Program-made: the position numbers and the translations under genes
In this document: positions 13,484-24,534 of the stretch, piece after piece
How positions within the stretch are numbered: the first letter of the stretch is position 1
Layout: each line of letters opens with the position of its first letter
Source of the DNA: Takakia lepidozioides
Taxonomy: Eukaryota > Plantae > Bryophyta
Length of the DNA stretch: 64,000 nt
Assembly (NCBI GenBank): GCA_030704615.1
Contig: CM060731.1
Span: forward strand, 11,656,001 to 11,720,000
Direction of reading: 5' to 3'
The notes under the pieces: generated by a model
What the model was told of the DNA's origin: nothing
Databases searched by the model: none
What the model saw: only the letters and a program-made list of their open reading frames with translations

Positions 13484-13921
13484 TTTTATGGGAGAGATAC
13501 TGATGATGTTAGTGATTGGGTTGAGAGGATGCAAATGGAGATGTTCGTGATCTTATTGCGGACAAAATGTTCAAAGTTGCTCGTTTAAACCTGAAATCAA
13601 GAGCTAATGAGTGGTTCCGTAAGCAGAACCGTATACTTGACAACTAGCCAAATTTCCAAACAGCCATTGTGGCGAAATTTGGTACGGTTGATATGATAGA
13701 AGTTAAACTGCGCATGGATCTCACAGGAACACATGCAGAGGGTGCAAACGTATTTTGGCAGGCTCAATCGGCTGTTTAGGTCAGAAAGGAGGCGATTTGG
13801 TGGTGGTTTGCATCTAGAAATTGCAAGAGTTATGTTGGGCAGACGCTTTGCCGACATCGATGAAGCATTGGAGACGGCTGTGGTTGACAATATTCTAATG
13901 TCAAAATATTTCAATATTTAG
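13484..13921 (+). mobile_element. Degenerate Ty3/Gypsy gag fragment
   Basis: Frameshifted pieces FYGRDTDDVSDWVERMQ, DKMFKVARLNLKSRANEWFRK, KFGTVD and RVQTYFGRLNRLF resemble the retrotransposon gag capsid pattern; no LTRs seen. Confidence 0.6.
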
Positions 13922-14320
13922 GATCATCCAGTTGTACTTCTCATTCCCCCATTTTGCGTCAATTGCCAACATCTCACGTATTGCCCCCCATTCCACCACT
14001 TTGTATGACCGTCTAGTTTACGTGGATTCACAACAAAATGTTTTACGACTCCCCATGCCGGTGTTAGAACCTCACAGCTAAACTCTCGTTGTTATGTTGG
14101 TTGAATGCAATTTCGGATTTTTTTCCTTGGGATGTTATTCCGTTAACTCCCAATTCTTAAATCCCCAATAATTCTAACCCTACAAACTTTAGCATATCCT
14201 CCTTCTTTGTAGGCGTCAAGTTATAGTACATGCGCACTTGTGCTGAAGTAAATAAGTTCTTTACTGTCTGCTACGCTCGATAATGTCGTCTTTCAAGAGA
14301 TTAACTTAGTTTGATGTTTC

Positions 14321-14694
14321 AAATTTCGACGGTCACATATATATATTTTTTGATAAATACAAGCAACCGCCAAAATTCCGCAATCACTTATATTTTAATA
14401 AATAAACAAAGTAAGCGACCGTCGAAATTAATAAGTACTTATGACCGCTGAATTTCGGCGGTTGCTTATATTTAAAGGTTGTTTGTGTTTATGAAAATAA
14501 ATAAATACACGCGACTATCGAATTCCAGCGGTTGCCTATATTTAAGAAATAAATTAATAGGCAACCTCCGAAATTTAGTGATCGCTTGAGTTCAACAAAA
14601 TAAATTAATGCACATTGACCGTCATATTTCAGCGGTCATTTGTCTTTAAATAAATAAATAAACTCATATGACCGCCGAATTTTGGCAATCACTT
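14321..14694. repeat. Array of a related palindrome (approx. AAGCGACCGCCGAAATTCGGCGGTCGCTT) with A-rich spacers
   Basis: About 7-8 degenerate copies at ~50-60 bp period, e.g. ATGACCGCTGAATTTCGGCGGTTGC and TTGACCGTCATATTTCAGCGGTCAT. Confidence 0.82.
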
Positions 14695-15599
14695 GTATTG
14701 TTCAAAAAATAAATAGACCATGGCTGTCACGTTATAAAAAAAGTAATAATAATAATAAAAGTGAATAATAAAAAATTTACAACACGTAACGTGCGTTTTC
14801 AACGTGACGCGATACACGTTTGGACGTGACGCCGACGTGGCACGGCGCTGACGTGCCAGCGCCACGTCATGTCTAGATTCACAATTAGGGTGACATCTTC
14901 TTTGGAATCCTCAATCTTGGAAACAATCTCTTCAGGCGATAATACTAGTATGGACTGGTGCAATAGGTGGAAGATTATTCTTGTAATGGTGGCTATGACA
15001 TGATTATCGCTGGGAACCCAAATGAGCCATATGTCACAATGAACATGAAAAAAAAAATAAAAAATAAAAAAAATTCTTCTCTTTTCCAATTGTCGTGCGC
15101 ATATATATCGCTATACAACTACATCGCTATTCAATCCACAGGGTCTTGGGGTGCAGTGGGCTTAACCAAGTATGATTGATTTCTGGAGTTTCTTTATCAT
15201 TCAAGATAGATGAGCCTCACCGCATTTGACGCGATGATAATTCTTCTCAGGGCCCATTATTAACTTTGGGACCTAGATTGACACTTGGGCAAAATCAAGT
15301 GTCAATACGAAACAACTAGTTATTCCTTAGCTAGTTTCACACTAGCTACATTAAACTAGATATTTTTCTACTAACTAGTAAGCTAACTTGACACAATGTT
15401 ATTCATTAGCAGCAAACAATCTTTAATGGTTTTTTTTTTTTTAAGAGTAATTTCTCAAATCTGCTCTTACAAAACCATCATACGGTATTGGAAGAGAACT
15501 TTGTTCATTTAGGGTGAAGGGATTGGAAAGAGCATGTTGTGTTACAACATGCTCTACCCGTGGGCAATTGATATGGCTGATGCGTTGTTCTGGTGAAAA

Positions 15600-18500
15600 C
15601 CTGGTCACGTAGACCAATGCTCTTCAACACTGACAGTACTATCTAGCTCGATGACGAGTCAGTAGAAGATGAACTCAAGAATGAACATTCTAAGTTCTTG
15701 TAGGTTGTGGATGCATGATGTTGTAGTATGTTACCAACACAAAATAGAGATCACATGTTGATTGCACTGTTGTTTGGCCGTAGGTTTTTAGTTGATGCGA
15801 TACAAATCCAGTGAAGTATGGGCCATCGATGACAAAGATTGTGCTCCTGAGTTCACCTAAAAAAGATATTTATTGGGTAAGTTTTGTGACATGCATTATG
15901 CAAAAAACAAGACATTGTAGTGTGTTACTTTCATTTGCATTCCAAACTATTGCACATCTCTGAATAAAGATTTTGTGTCGTGATGCAGAAAGTTCTCAAA
16001 TGCAAAGGCTATAAAATTATATACCTGGACACGTGGAGCCTTGCGAAGCTGGAATGTTCTCAAGTTGTCATATACAATGAGATATCTACGTCTGAAATGA
16101 TAAAACTTTATGACGGACGGAACAAATCCAAAGAAACATCCAAGAAAATGGTCAATTGTGATGTTTGATTGGAACTAGGTGATATCTTGGTTTGAAATGT
16201 TATTTGGTGTATGCATCTCATGTTGTCATCGATGTCTACTTCCACAGGTGGAGTGACATTTTGCGCGTCGTGTTGGAGAATTACTCCGAAAACCAACGAA
16301 ATGTACTCGAGATGACTGTTAATAGTTCTCCTACTCATCTCATTAATGAAAGCCTCGGTGTTACATATGTCAATCGTGAAATCAACAACTGCGTCCTCCA
16401 CCTTAGAGTGGATCCAGACTTTATCACGACACACATACATTGGACCTCATCTTATTTGTCAAAGAGTGTGGCTTATAAACTCTGGGAGACAAGTTGTTCC
16501 GAAGTGCGCCGATTTGTCGAGGATGTATCAGGCGTTAGAGTTAGGGAATGTGCATGAAAAAGTGCATGATAATTAATGTACATTCATGTTTTGATTTTGA
16601 ATTTTGAAATGTTGAATGCATTAGTAATTATTGTGTTGTTGATTTTTCTAACTTGGATGTAGTTATAGTGTTTGGAATAGGTAGTGTGATGTGCACCCAC
16701 CATCCCCACGGATGGTGTATATACACCACCTCTAGTCAATACCTAACTCAACACCAATAATGTGCTCACATGTAACCAAAATGAGTCGCCACAAGATAAG
16801 ATCATATGTTTAAATCACGCCACTTGGCGTTCATGCATAGACTTACCTAGATATCCTCTTTTGTATGTTCCTTCTACATGAAAGAAGACTCATTATCATT
16901 GTGTGTCTCTTGTCATTAAGTGACGTGATTTAAACTTACGTAAATACCCTCTTTTGTATGCTCTTTCCACAGGAAAGAAGACTCATTATCATTGTGTCTC
17001 TCTTATCATTAAGTGACGTAATTTAAACTTACCTATATACCCTCTTTTGTATGTTCCTTCCACAGGAAAGAAGGCTCATTATCATTGTGTCTATCTTGTC
17101 ATTCTCTTTTAGATACATCTACAACTACATCTACAAACGTTTCTTACGCTCTTTGGGTAAGTATAGCCGAGATCATATCAAGGTATTTTCTACGGGGTGG
17201 TTCATGTACCCTCTGCGTATGTTTTTGTATTTGAAACAAAGTATATAAATTCTCATATGCTTCTTGTAGGGTGGTGTACACGCGCTACCCCTATTGTATT
17301 CATCATTATTTGTATGGGGTAGTGTGTGTACACCACCCCTATCCTCATTATGTATATATAGAAATATGATGTTGTGCACGCACAAACCCTTTCCTCATTA
17401 TAAAGTACTATGTGTATACCACCATTCTCCTCAATATATATGTACAAAGAAGGTGGTGTGCACACACCACCCCAATATGGTAGTGTATGTACACCACCCC
17501 CTTGGAAGCCCCAAACATAAACAGTGTACTTATCTAGAACAAAGAATGTCGAGTTGCATAGATCTCTTACGAAACTTGGGTTGTTCTATCTCATTAGCCT
17601 CCAACTCTCCAACTGCGATTTATGAAAATGACTTGGGGTCACCACGATTTGTAAAGGTGTAGTCATTGTATCTTCACAAGAGCATTTGGGGTAGGTATGT
17701 ATTTCTTATGTAGGCCAATTAAAAAGCACAATAATTAATGTACATAGATTTGAAATTTGAAATTTGAAATGTTCAATGCATTAATGATGATTATTTGTTG
17801 ATTTTTCTATATTTGGGTGTAATTATAGTATTTGGAATATGGATTGTGGTGTGCACCCACCACCCCCACGGGTGGTGTATATACCACCCCTACTCAACAC
17901 CCTAGTCAACACCAATCATTTGCTCACATGTAACCAAAATGAGTCGTCAAAAGATAAGATCATATGTTTAAATCACGTCACGTTCATGCATAGACTCACC
18001 TAAAATACCCTATTTTGTACGTTCCTTTCTCAGAAAAGAGGGCTCATTATTATTGTGCCTCTCTTGTCGTTCTCTCTTTGATGCATTTACAACTACATCC
18101 ACAAACGTTTGCTACGTTCATTGGGTGTCTATAGCCAAGATCATATCAAGGTATGTTCTACGGGGTGGTTCATGTACCCTACCCCTCTCTTGCGTATGTT
18201 TTTATATTTGAAACAAAGTATATAAATTTGTTTTTTGCAGGGTGGGGTACACGCCTTGGGGGGGTCACTCCCCATATTTTCGAAACCACGTGAGAACAAA
18301 TATAAGGTGTGATTTATTTTTTTGAGGTAAATTTTAGAAAAGTTTTACTTAGAAAATATGGTAGGGCAATATCATTTCACCAGTTTTTTTAAAAAGAGGG
18401 GTCACAAAAAATCCAGAATTTTACTTAAAAAATTAATGTAATAAATGGCTTTAATCTACATTGTAATGTATCCATCTTGTGAAGTTTATCATATTTCATC

Positions 18501-19450
18501 CAGCTCTAATCCATCAGGATGAAATCAGGTAGAGGTCACCTGAAGTTCAAATATGGTTCTAGTGATACACAGTGGATTCATGTTGATACCATAATCTCAA
18601 CAGTGACTATTACATTTGAACCATCTCAAAACTTATACTCTTTAAATCCAAGTGATGATGCGGCTTTGAATGAATTCGTGGCTGATGAAAATTAATTTTT
18701 TTCTTGGGGCATTTGACTTATGTTTTTCTGGAATGTACTTGTTTGTTAACATGCTTTGAAATTTTCCAATTATTTAAAAGAATAATTTAAAATATGGTCT
18801 AATTAATTGTTGTAAAAACAATTATAAAAAAATAGTGTGTTATAAAACAAAGGGTTTTACAATATTACATAAAGATAGGGTGGAAAAAAATGATTTAAAA
18901 AAAATATATAGCCTGGTATAAATATACCTTTGTACGCACGTGATATGGAAAAAAATACATATAGTGACCCCCCGTGGTACACGCACTATCCCTATTGTAA
19001 ATTCATGTTATTTTATATAGAATAGTGTGTGTACACCACCCCTATCCTCTAGAAATAGGGTGGTGTGTATACACACCACCCCAATATGGGACTGTATACC
19101 CCCCGGAAGCCCCAGACATAAACAATGTACTCACCTAGAACAAAGAATGCCGAGCTGCATAGGTTTCTTGTGAAGCTTGGGCTCCTAGCTCCATCTCATT
19201 ATCATATGTTTCTTGTAGGGTGAGGTACATGCACTACCCCTACTGTATTCACGTTATATATATGAAAATAAGGTGGTGTGCACGCACCACCCCTCTTCTC
19301 AACATATAAATATTCCTACAAGCTGAGATTTGAATTTTTATTTATGGGTAGTGTATAAGCACCATGAATATATATATGGAGGGAATGGGTATATTTAGAA
19401 AACAGGGTGGTGTGGGCACACTTCCCCTTTGGAAGCCCCAAACACAAACA
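15600..19450 (-). pseudogene. Degenerate multi-exon gene of unidentified family, probably a transposon accessory gene, with ~1.1-kb tandem duplication
   Basis: Long minus-strand frames broken mainly by TGA/TAA/TAG (16026-16557; 15690-15856). GT-AG intron at about 15857-16025. Duplicated exon VHEPPRR(K/T)YLDMI...HN(D/N)NEPSFL at ~17033-17213 and ~18000-18180. Introns carry repeated GGGTGGTGTACAC motifs. Confidence 0.5.
18255..18976. mobile_element. Non-autonomous TIR DNA transposon (722 bp) with 8-bp TSD
   Basis: Ends CTTGGGGGGGTCACT / AGTGACCCCCCGTG. Perfect TSD GTACACGC at 18247-18254 and 18977-18984. Interrupts one copy of the 1.1-kb host repeat. Confidence 0.88.
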
Positions 19451-20049
19451 ATGTACTTACCGAAAGAGCCTTGCATTTGAGGTAGGTGTGTATTTCCTAT
19501 ATAGGCCAATAAAAAATCACAATAATTGATGTACTTTGATTTGAAATGTTAATTGCATTAATGATGATTGTGTTGTTGTTTTTTTTAATATACTTGGGTA
19601 TTGTTATAATTTTTGTAATAGATAGTGGTGGTGCGTACGCACCAGTGTTGGGCGGTTACCTGCCTGGGCCCCGGGTAACCACCAGTTCCGGTTCCGGTTA
19701 TGTGGAACCGGACCCGGAAATTGGGGATTGCGTGGGAACCGGAACCGGCGGTTCTAGCTACGACCACATGTGTGGGAACCGGGTTTGGGGACTCCAAAGC
19801 GGTTCCGGTTCCACCCATGGGCTGTAGCCCTAAGTGTCTCTACAACTCATCCAGCTCGCTCTCTCTCGCATACATCTTGCTCGCTACTCCAGTCCAGGTA
19901 AGGTTTGTGTTCCATGTCTCCATCTTCTACTTTATTGTTTGATTTCTCTCTCGCTCTCATTTCATTTCCATCTCCATTCTCTTTCCATCTTAGGTTGATT
20001 GATTTAATGTGTTGTTTGTTTCTTTTTTTCTCAGTTTATCGCACAAGAG

Positions 20050-21780
20050 GGGGCTGATCTCTCTTCTGCTGTTGTGGCAGGTGGTGGACACAAAGGGAGG
20101 GAGTGTGAGCAGGAGGGCCCCGCCAACCAGCCGTCGCTTGTTGTTGGTGAGCATCCACCATGTTCTTGTTTTATTTTAATTTTTTGGTTCAGCGGAGCTA
20201 ATGGGCCCCATGCTCTTGTATTGTGGTAAGTGGCGCATTGGAGGGAGGAAGTGCCAGCAGGAGGGCCCGTGCAACCAGCCCCGTCGTCAACCAGCCCCTT
20301 GTTGGTAAGCATTCACCACTTTTGGTTATTTTACTGTTTTTAGCTTTAGTTCACCATGAAGCTAATCAGCTTCCTCCTTTTCTGCTATGGCATGTGGTGC
20401 AAGAGGTAGGGAGGACGAGTAAGGAGGGCCCACCTGCAACCAGGCCCCTTGGTCCATGGTAATCATTGCTCATCATTCTTTTTTCTTTTTTTCTTTTTTT
20501 TTTTCCTGTTTTCTTTGATGATATACCAAGGGGCTGATAGCCCCTTGCTCCACTATGGTAGATTTTACATTGGAGGGAGCACAAGCAAAGAGGGGCCCAC
20601 CAACCAGCCCACATTACCCACTGGTAAGTATCTTCCCTTTCTTTAATTTTTTTTAATTCTTGATACAATTGGGGGTTGATAAGATAGCCCATTTGGCTTC
20701 TGTTATAGCAGATTCTGCATGAGAGGGAGGGAGCCCAAAGTAGGGAGGGACCTGCCAACCAGCCACCATTACCCGCTTGTAACTCCCTTTCATTGAGCTT
20801 TATTTTTTTAGTTGTTTAAATTTTTGTTAAAAGAGGGGTTGATTAGCCCATTGCTCTTGCGCTACGGCTGATCGTGCATGGGAGGGAAAGGAGGGCAAGT
20901 AGGAAGGCTGGCCAACCAGCCCCTCTTGCACTGCACATGTAAGCATCCCCCTTCATTTTTTTTCCCCATAAAATTGGTATAGCAAGGGCTGATTAGCCGT
21001 TGCCAATGCAGATCACACACAAGAAGGACGTCCAGTGCAAGTAAAAAAACACGTCAACCAGCCCCTCTCATCTTGTAGTAAGCCCCCACCCTTTATTTTA
21101 GTTTTTTAATGTTATTCTTTCCAATGTGTGGTACAACAAAAGGCTGATTCGCCCTTCCTCATAGTGATATGTTGCACTCGGGAAGGGAGCAGAAATAGGA
21201 GGCCTCTTGACCCGCCAACCAGCCCCATTACCCGCGTGTACTTCCCCTTCATTGTTCTTTATTTTCTTAATTATTTTAAGTTTGTGATATAAGAGGAGCT
21301 GATTAGCCCCTTGCTCTTTTGCTATTGTAGATCGTGCATGGGAGGGAAAGAGGGCAAGTAGGGAGGCCTGCCAACCAGCCCCCGTTCCACCACACATGTA
21401 AGCATGCCCTTAATTCAATGTTGCATATTTTTTTTTCCTAGAAAATTGGCATAGCAAGGGCTGATCAGCCCCTACTCTGTTGCTATGTAGATCACACACA
21501 AGAAGGAGGAGTGCGAGTTTAGAGCCCGCTAACCAGCCCCCTCATCCTATGGTAAGCCCCCACCCTTTAATAGCTTAGTTTTTTATTTTATTTTTTCCAA
21601 TGTGTGGTACAAAAGAGGGATGATTTGCTCCTCCTCTCATAGTGAAAGTTTGAACTCGGAAAGGGGAGCACAAATATCAAGAAGGCTTGACAGCCAGCCC
21701 CTACCTCTTGTGGACAATCACCCCACTTTAAAGCTTCATAATTTTTAGTTATAACTCTTCATGTTGTGGTACAACAAGGA
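20050..21780 (+). repeat. Tandem array of ~11 exon-intron-like modules (~150 bp) inside the hAT 5' region
   Basis: Each unit: CTGAT/CTAAT, pyrimidine tract, YAG, 61-74 nt purine-rich block ending CCAACCAGCCC..., GTAAG/GTGAG, T-rich tract. Confidence 0.85.
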
Positions 21781-21957
21781 CTGATTTATTTATATGTGGT
21801 GGGGGCATTGTGATCATCTCCCAAGGCATGAAGTAGCCAAGCTGACCACTGAAGCATAAGACTGGTCCACCCCCAACTTGCTAGGTAGTTTTTGTAATTT
21901 GAAAATGTAAATGTACATGTACTAGATAAAAAAAATAACGTAGATCTAAATGTAGGC

Positions 21958-23760
21958 CATGTATGTAACATATTCAGCTCAATATGAAATAATAGCCCTG
22001 GGAGCATTACTTCCTCGCATGCGAATTGTTGTGGCAATGGCTGCATTAAGAGCATCGGACAACAGCCAAAATCCCCCAGATTGATTCATAATGCACTCAT
22101 GAACCACATGCCCTAGAACTGTAGAAATTGATTGGGCAATGGCCCACACTTGTGGACTTGGTATGCGAGACTGCAGTGCCAATGAGGTTTGCCTAGAGTA
22201 ACAAGTGATTATGGCTTGCCTAAACTCCAAAGTCTCTTGGAAGAGGATCACCTTGGAAGCAAACCGTGTCTTCACCGGAGTCTTCAGTTTGTGGGGATGA
22301 ATGCCGCTGTCCACACATGCCTTTGCCCATTCTTGTCTCCCTTTGCCACTTTTTTTTGTCCAAGTAATGGTTTTTTGCAACTCTGATTGGGCATTTTTTA
22401 CCGATCTCATATCTGCGCATACTTTTGCATCATTTGTTGCATATTGGCAACACTTGGACATTGCATGCCCAAAATAGCTACTCACAAATGGAGAATCCAA
22501 CCCCAAACACGCACATGAGACCACCGAATTCAAAGCATTGGTCAAAGTGGCCAAGTTACCTCCCTCATCTTTGACATAAGCAATAAGAAGATTGTTGACT
22601 TGATGTACCATGGCAGCCCCAGATGTGTCAGGTGTTTCAAACATGCCAAGAGTCACATGACATTGCTCCTACTGTTCATTAATAAAGTGCGCTATGATGA
22701 CAAAAGTGTCAGTTCCCCTCTTGACATCCACAAATCAAAACTCACGGAGCAAGTAGCACAACTCTGAAGAGATGGGGACATGTAGCGCTCTTTCGTCTTC
22801 TCTGCCAAGATTGGAATGGCCTCATTCACAAATGTCCGTCGAGAAGGGAAAACAATCCGAGGATTTTGCCTCAACACCATCCTTCTTAGCCAAGGGGATT
22901 CTACCAAAGACAGTGGAACCAACTCCTTTGCAATGAACAAGACTAAATCCTCATTGAACTGCTTCTGTTGATCATCATTTTGGTTGTATGGAGTGGAGCT
23001 CCAAAAAAAAAAAACTATGTTTCCAGGAGTGGGGCCGGGCCTCTTTTTTGCTGGCCTACAGGCCTTCTCAGGTCCTTCATTTTCCCTCTCAATCCACCTA
23101 CGCAAAACAATGTCATGTTCTTGATCCACATGCTTTCGAAGGGTAGAGATACCATTGGTTTTATTATAGGTCACAATGCCCTTCTTGCTTGCAGGAGTGA
23201 CACCAACAGGATGACATAGAACACACCTCATTTGTTGTGGATTTGTTATGTCCACTGGAGCAGAGTCTTTTGTTGCATAGAATGCCCATGTCGAAGCAGT
23301 GCGATTGTGGGGCTTCCAAAAATCCCGTTGTTTTCAAGTACTGGGAGCTGCGCCTCCATATCCAACACTGTGTGTGATGGCGAAACTGTGGAAGATGACA
23401 TTGCAGCCGAGGCTTGATGAGCTGATATAAATGAGGCTGCATGATGAGCATCCTCCGCAACATGGCACTCCACCAAAGCTCTCTCATTATCAACATTGAC
23501 GTCAGGAACAACTTCCCTTTCTAGTTCATCGAAAATATTGGGCTCCATGACATAAAAAGCTTGTGGAACAACTCCTGTGTAAAAACAATGCAAACAAAGA
23601 ATCCAAAAGGCATTTAATAATTGTGCACAACTCATATATTTTGGCACCACCATTTTCTGGACCTGAATTTATTCTCAAAATGATTTTGAGCAGTGCGGTG
23701 TCTCTCCCCACACTTTCGTTTTGGCCAACCATATACCATTCCAAACTGGATCATTGCATG
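21958..23760 (-). pseudogene. hAT transposase N-terminal and catalytic part (inverted segment)
   Basis: ORFs 22692..23255 and 21979..22656 on the minus strand carry the BED-like finger and the first two catalytic Asp motifs; frameshifted. Confidence 0.92.
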
Positions 23761-24534
23761 AGGGATTTCTCAACAGAGTTGACATTGTTGGAATGGCGGA
23801 TGGCTCGAGAGGTGGTATATGTCTTGGAACCATTTTTATTTTTTTTTGAAAGGGTTTCAATCGCGCAAAGCTCACAATATGCTCACGTTTATGCTTGACC
23901 CACGTTACAAGGGGTTGTCATTGGTATCACAATATGTGGGCAAAGAGCGTGCTTTGCATAATCTGGCATAAGGGATTTTGCACTCTTTGGGTGTCATTGT
24001 GTCCCAATATGATAGCATGGTGTTAGAGCCTTTTTTGATAAAGTGTTTCAAGGTCTTACATCCGGATACTCCGGCCCAATCACAGCCCACTTCCACAATG
24101 GACGAGATGTCCTTATTTGGTGTGCATGACCACAATGAAGACATGACATTGACAATAGTGAGAGAACAACTATCACATTTCAGAAGGACGAAGATAATTG
24201 AGGGTGAGTGCGTGGCTCCTTTGAAATGGTGGAAAGAACACGAGTCTCTCTTTCCGTATGTGGGATTTTTGGCACGGCTAATCTTGGGCATAGTTGGATC
24301 TCAGATTGAAGCTGAGAGGGTTTTTAGTATTGCAGGTGTCATAACAAACTTGAGACGGTGCAGGTTAAATATTAAAAACCTTGATATGCTTGTGAGTGTA
24401 GTCAAGAATTGGCCAAATGATGCTAGAGTTGGTTGCTTTAGTACTTCCATGAAAGAGTTTTTGGATATGGAAGAAGTCCTCTAAGATGAGAATGATGACT
24501 TGATTGCAGAGGCAAACCTCTTTGAGGTAGAATG
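23758..24534 (+). pseudogene. hAT transposase C-terminal part including dimerisation domain
   Basis: MRDFSTELTLLE..., HNML..MLDPRYKGL, PLKWWKEHESLFP, GSQIEAERVFSIAG, KNWPNDAR; frameshift and premature stops. Confidence 0.93.

Noticed and set aside
9216-14694. True CRISPR array
   Set aside because: Eukaryotic context, degenerate repeats, low-complexity AT spacers and no cas-like ORF.
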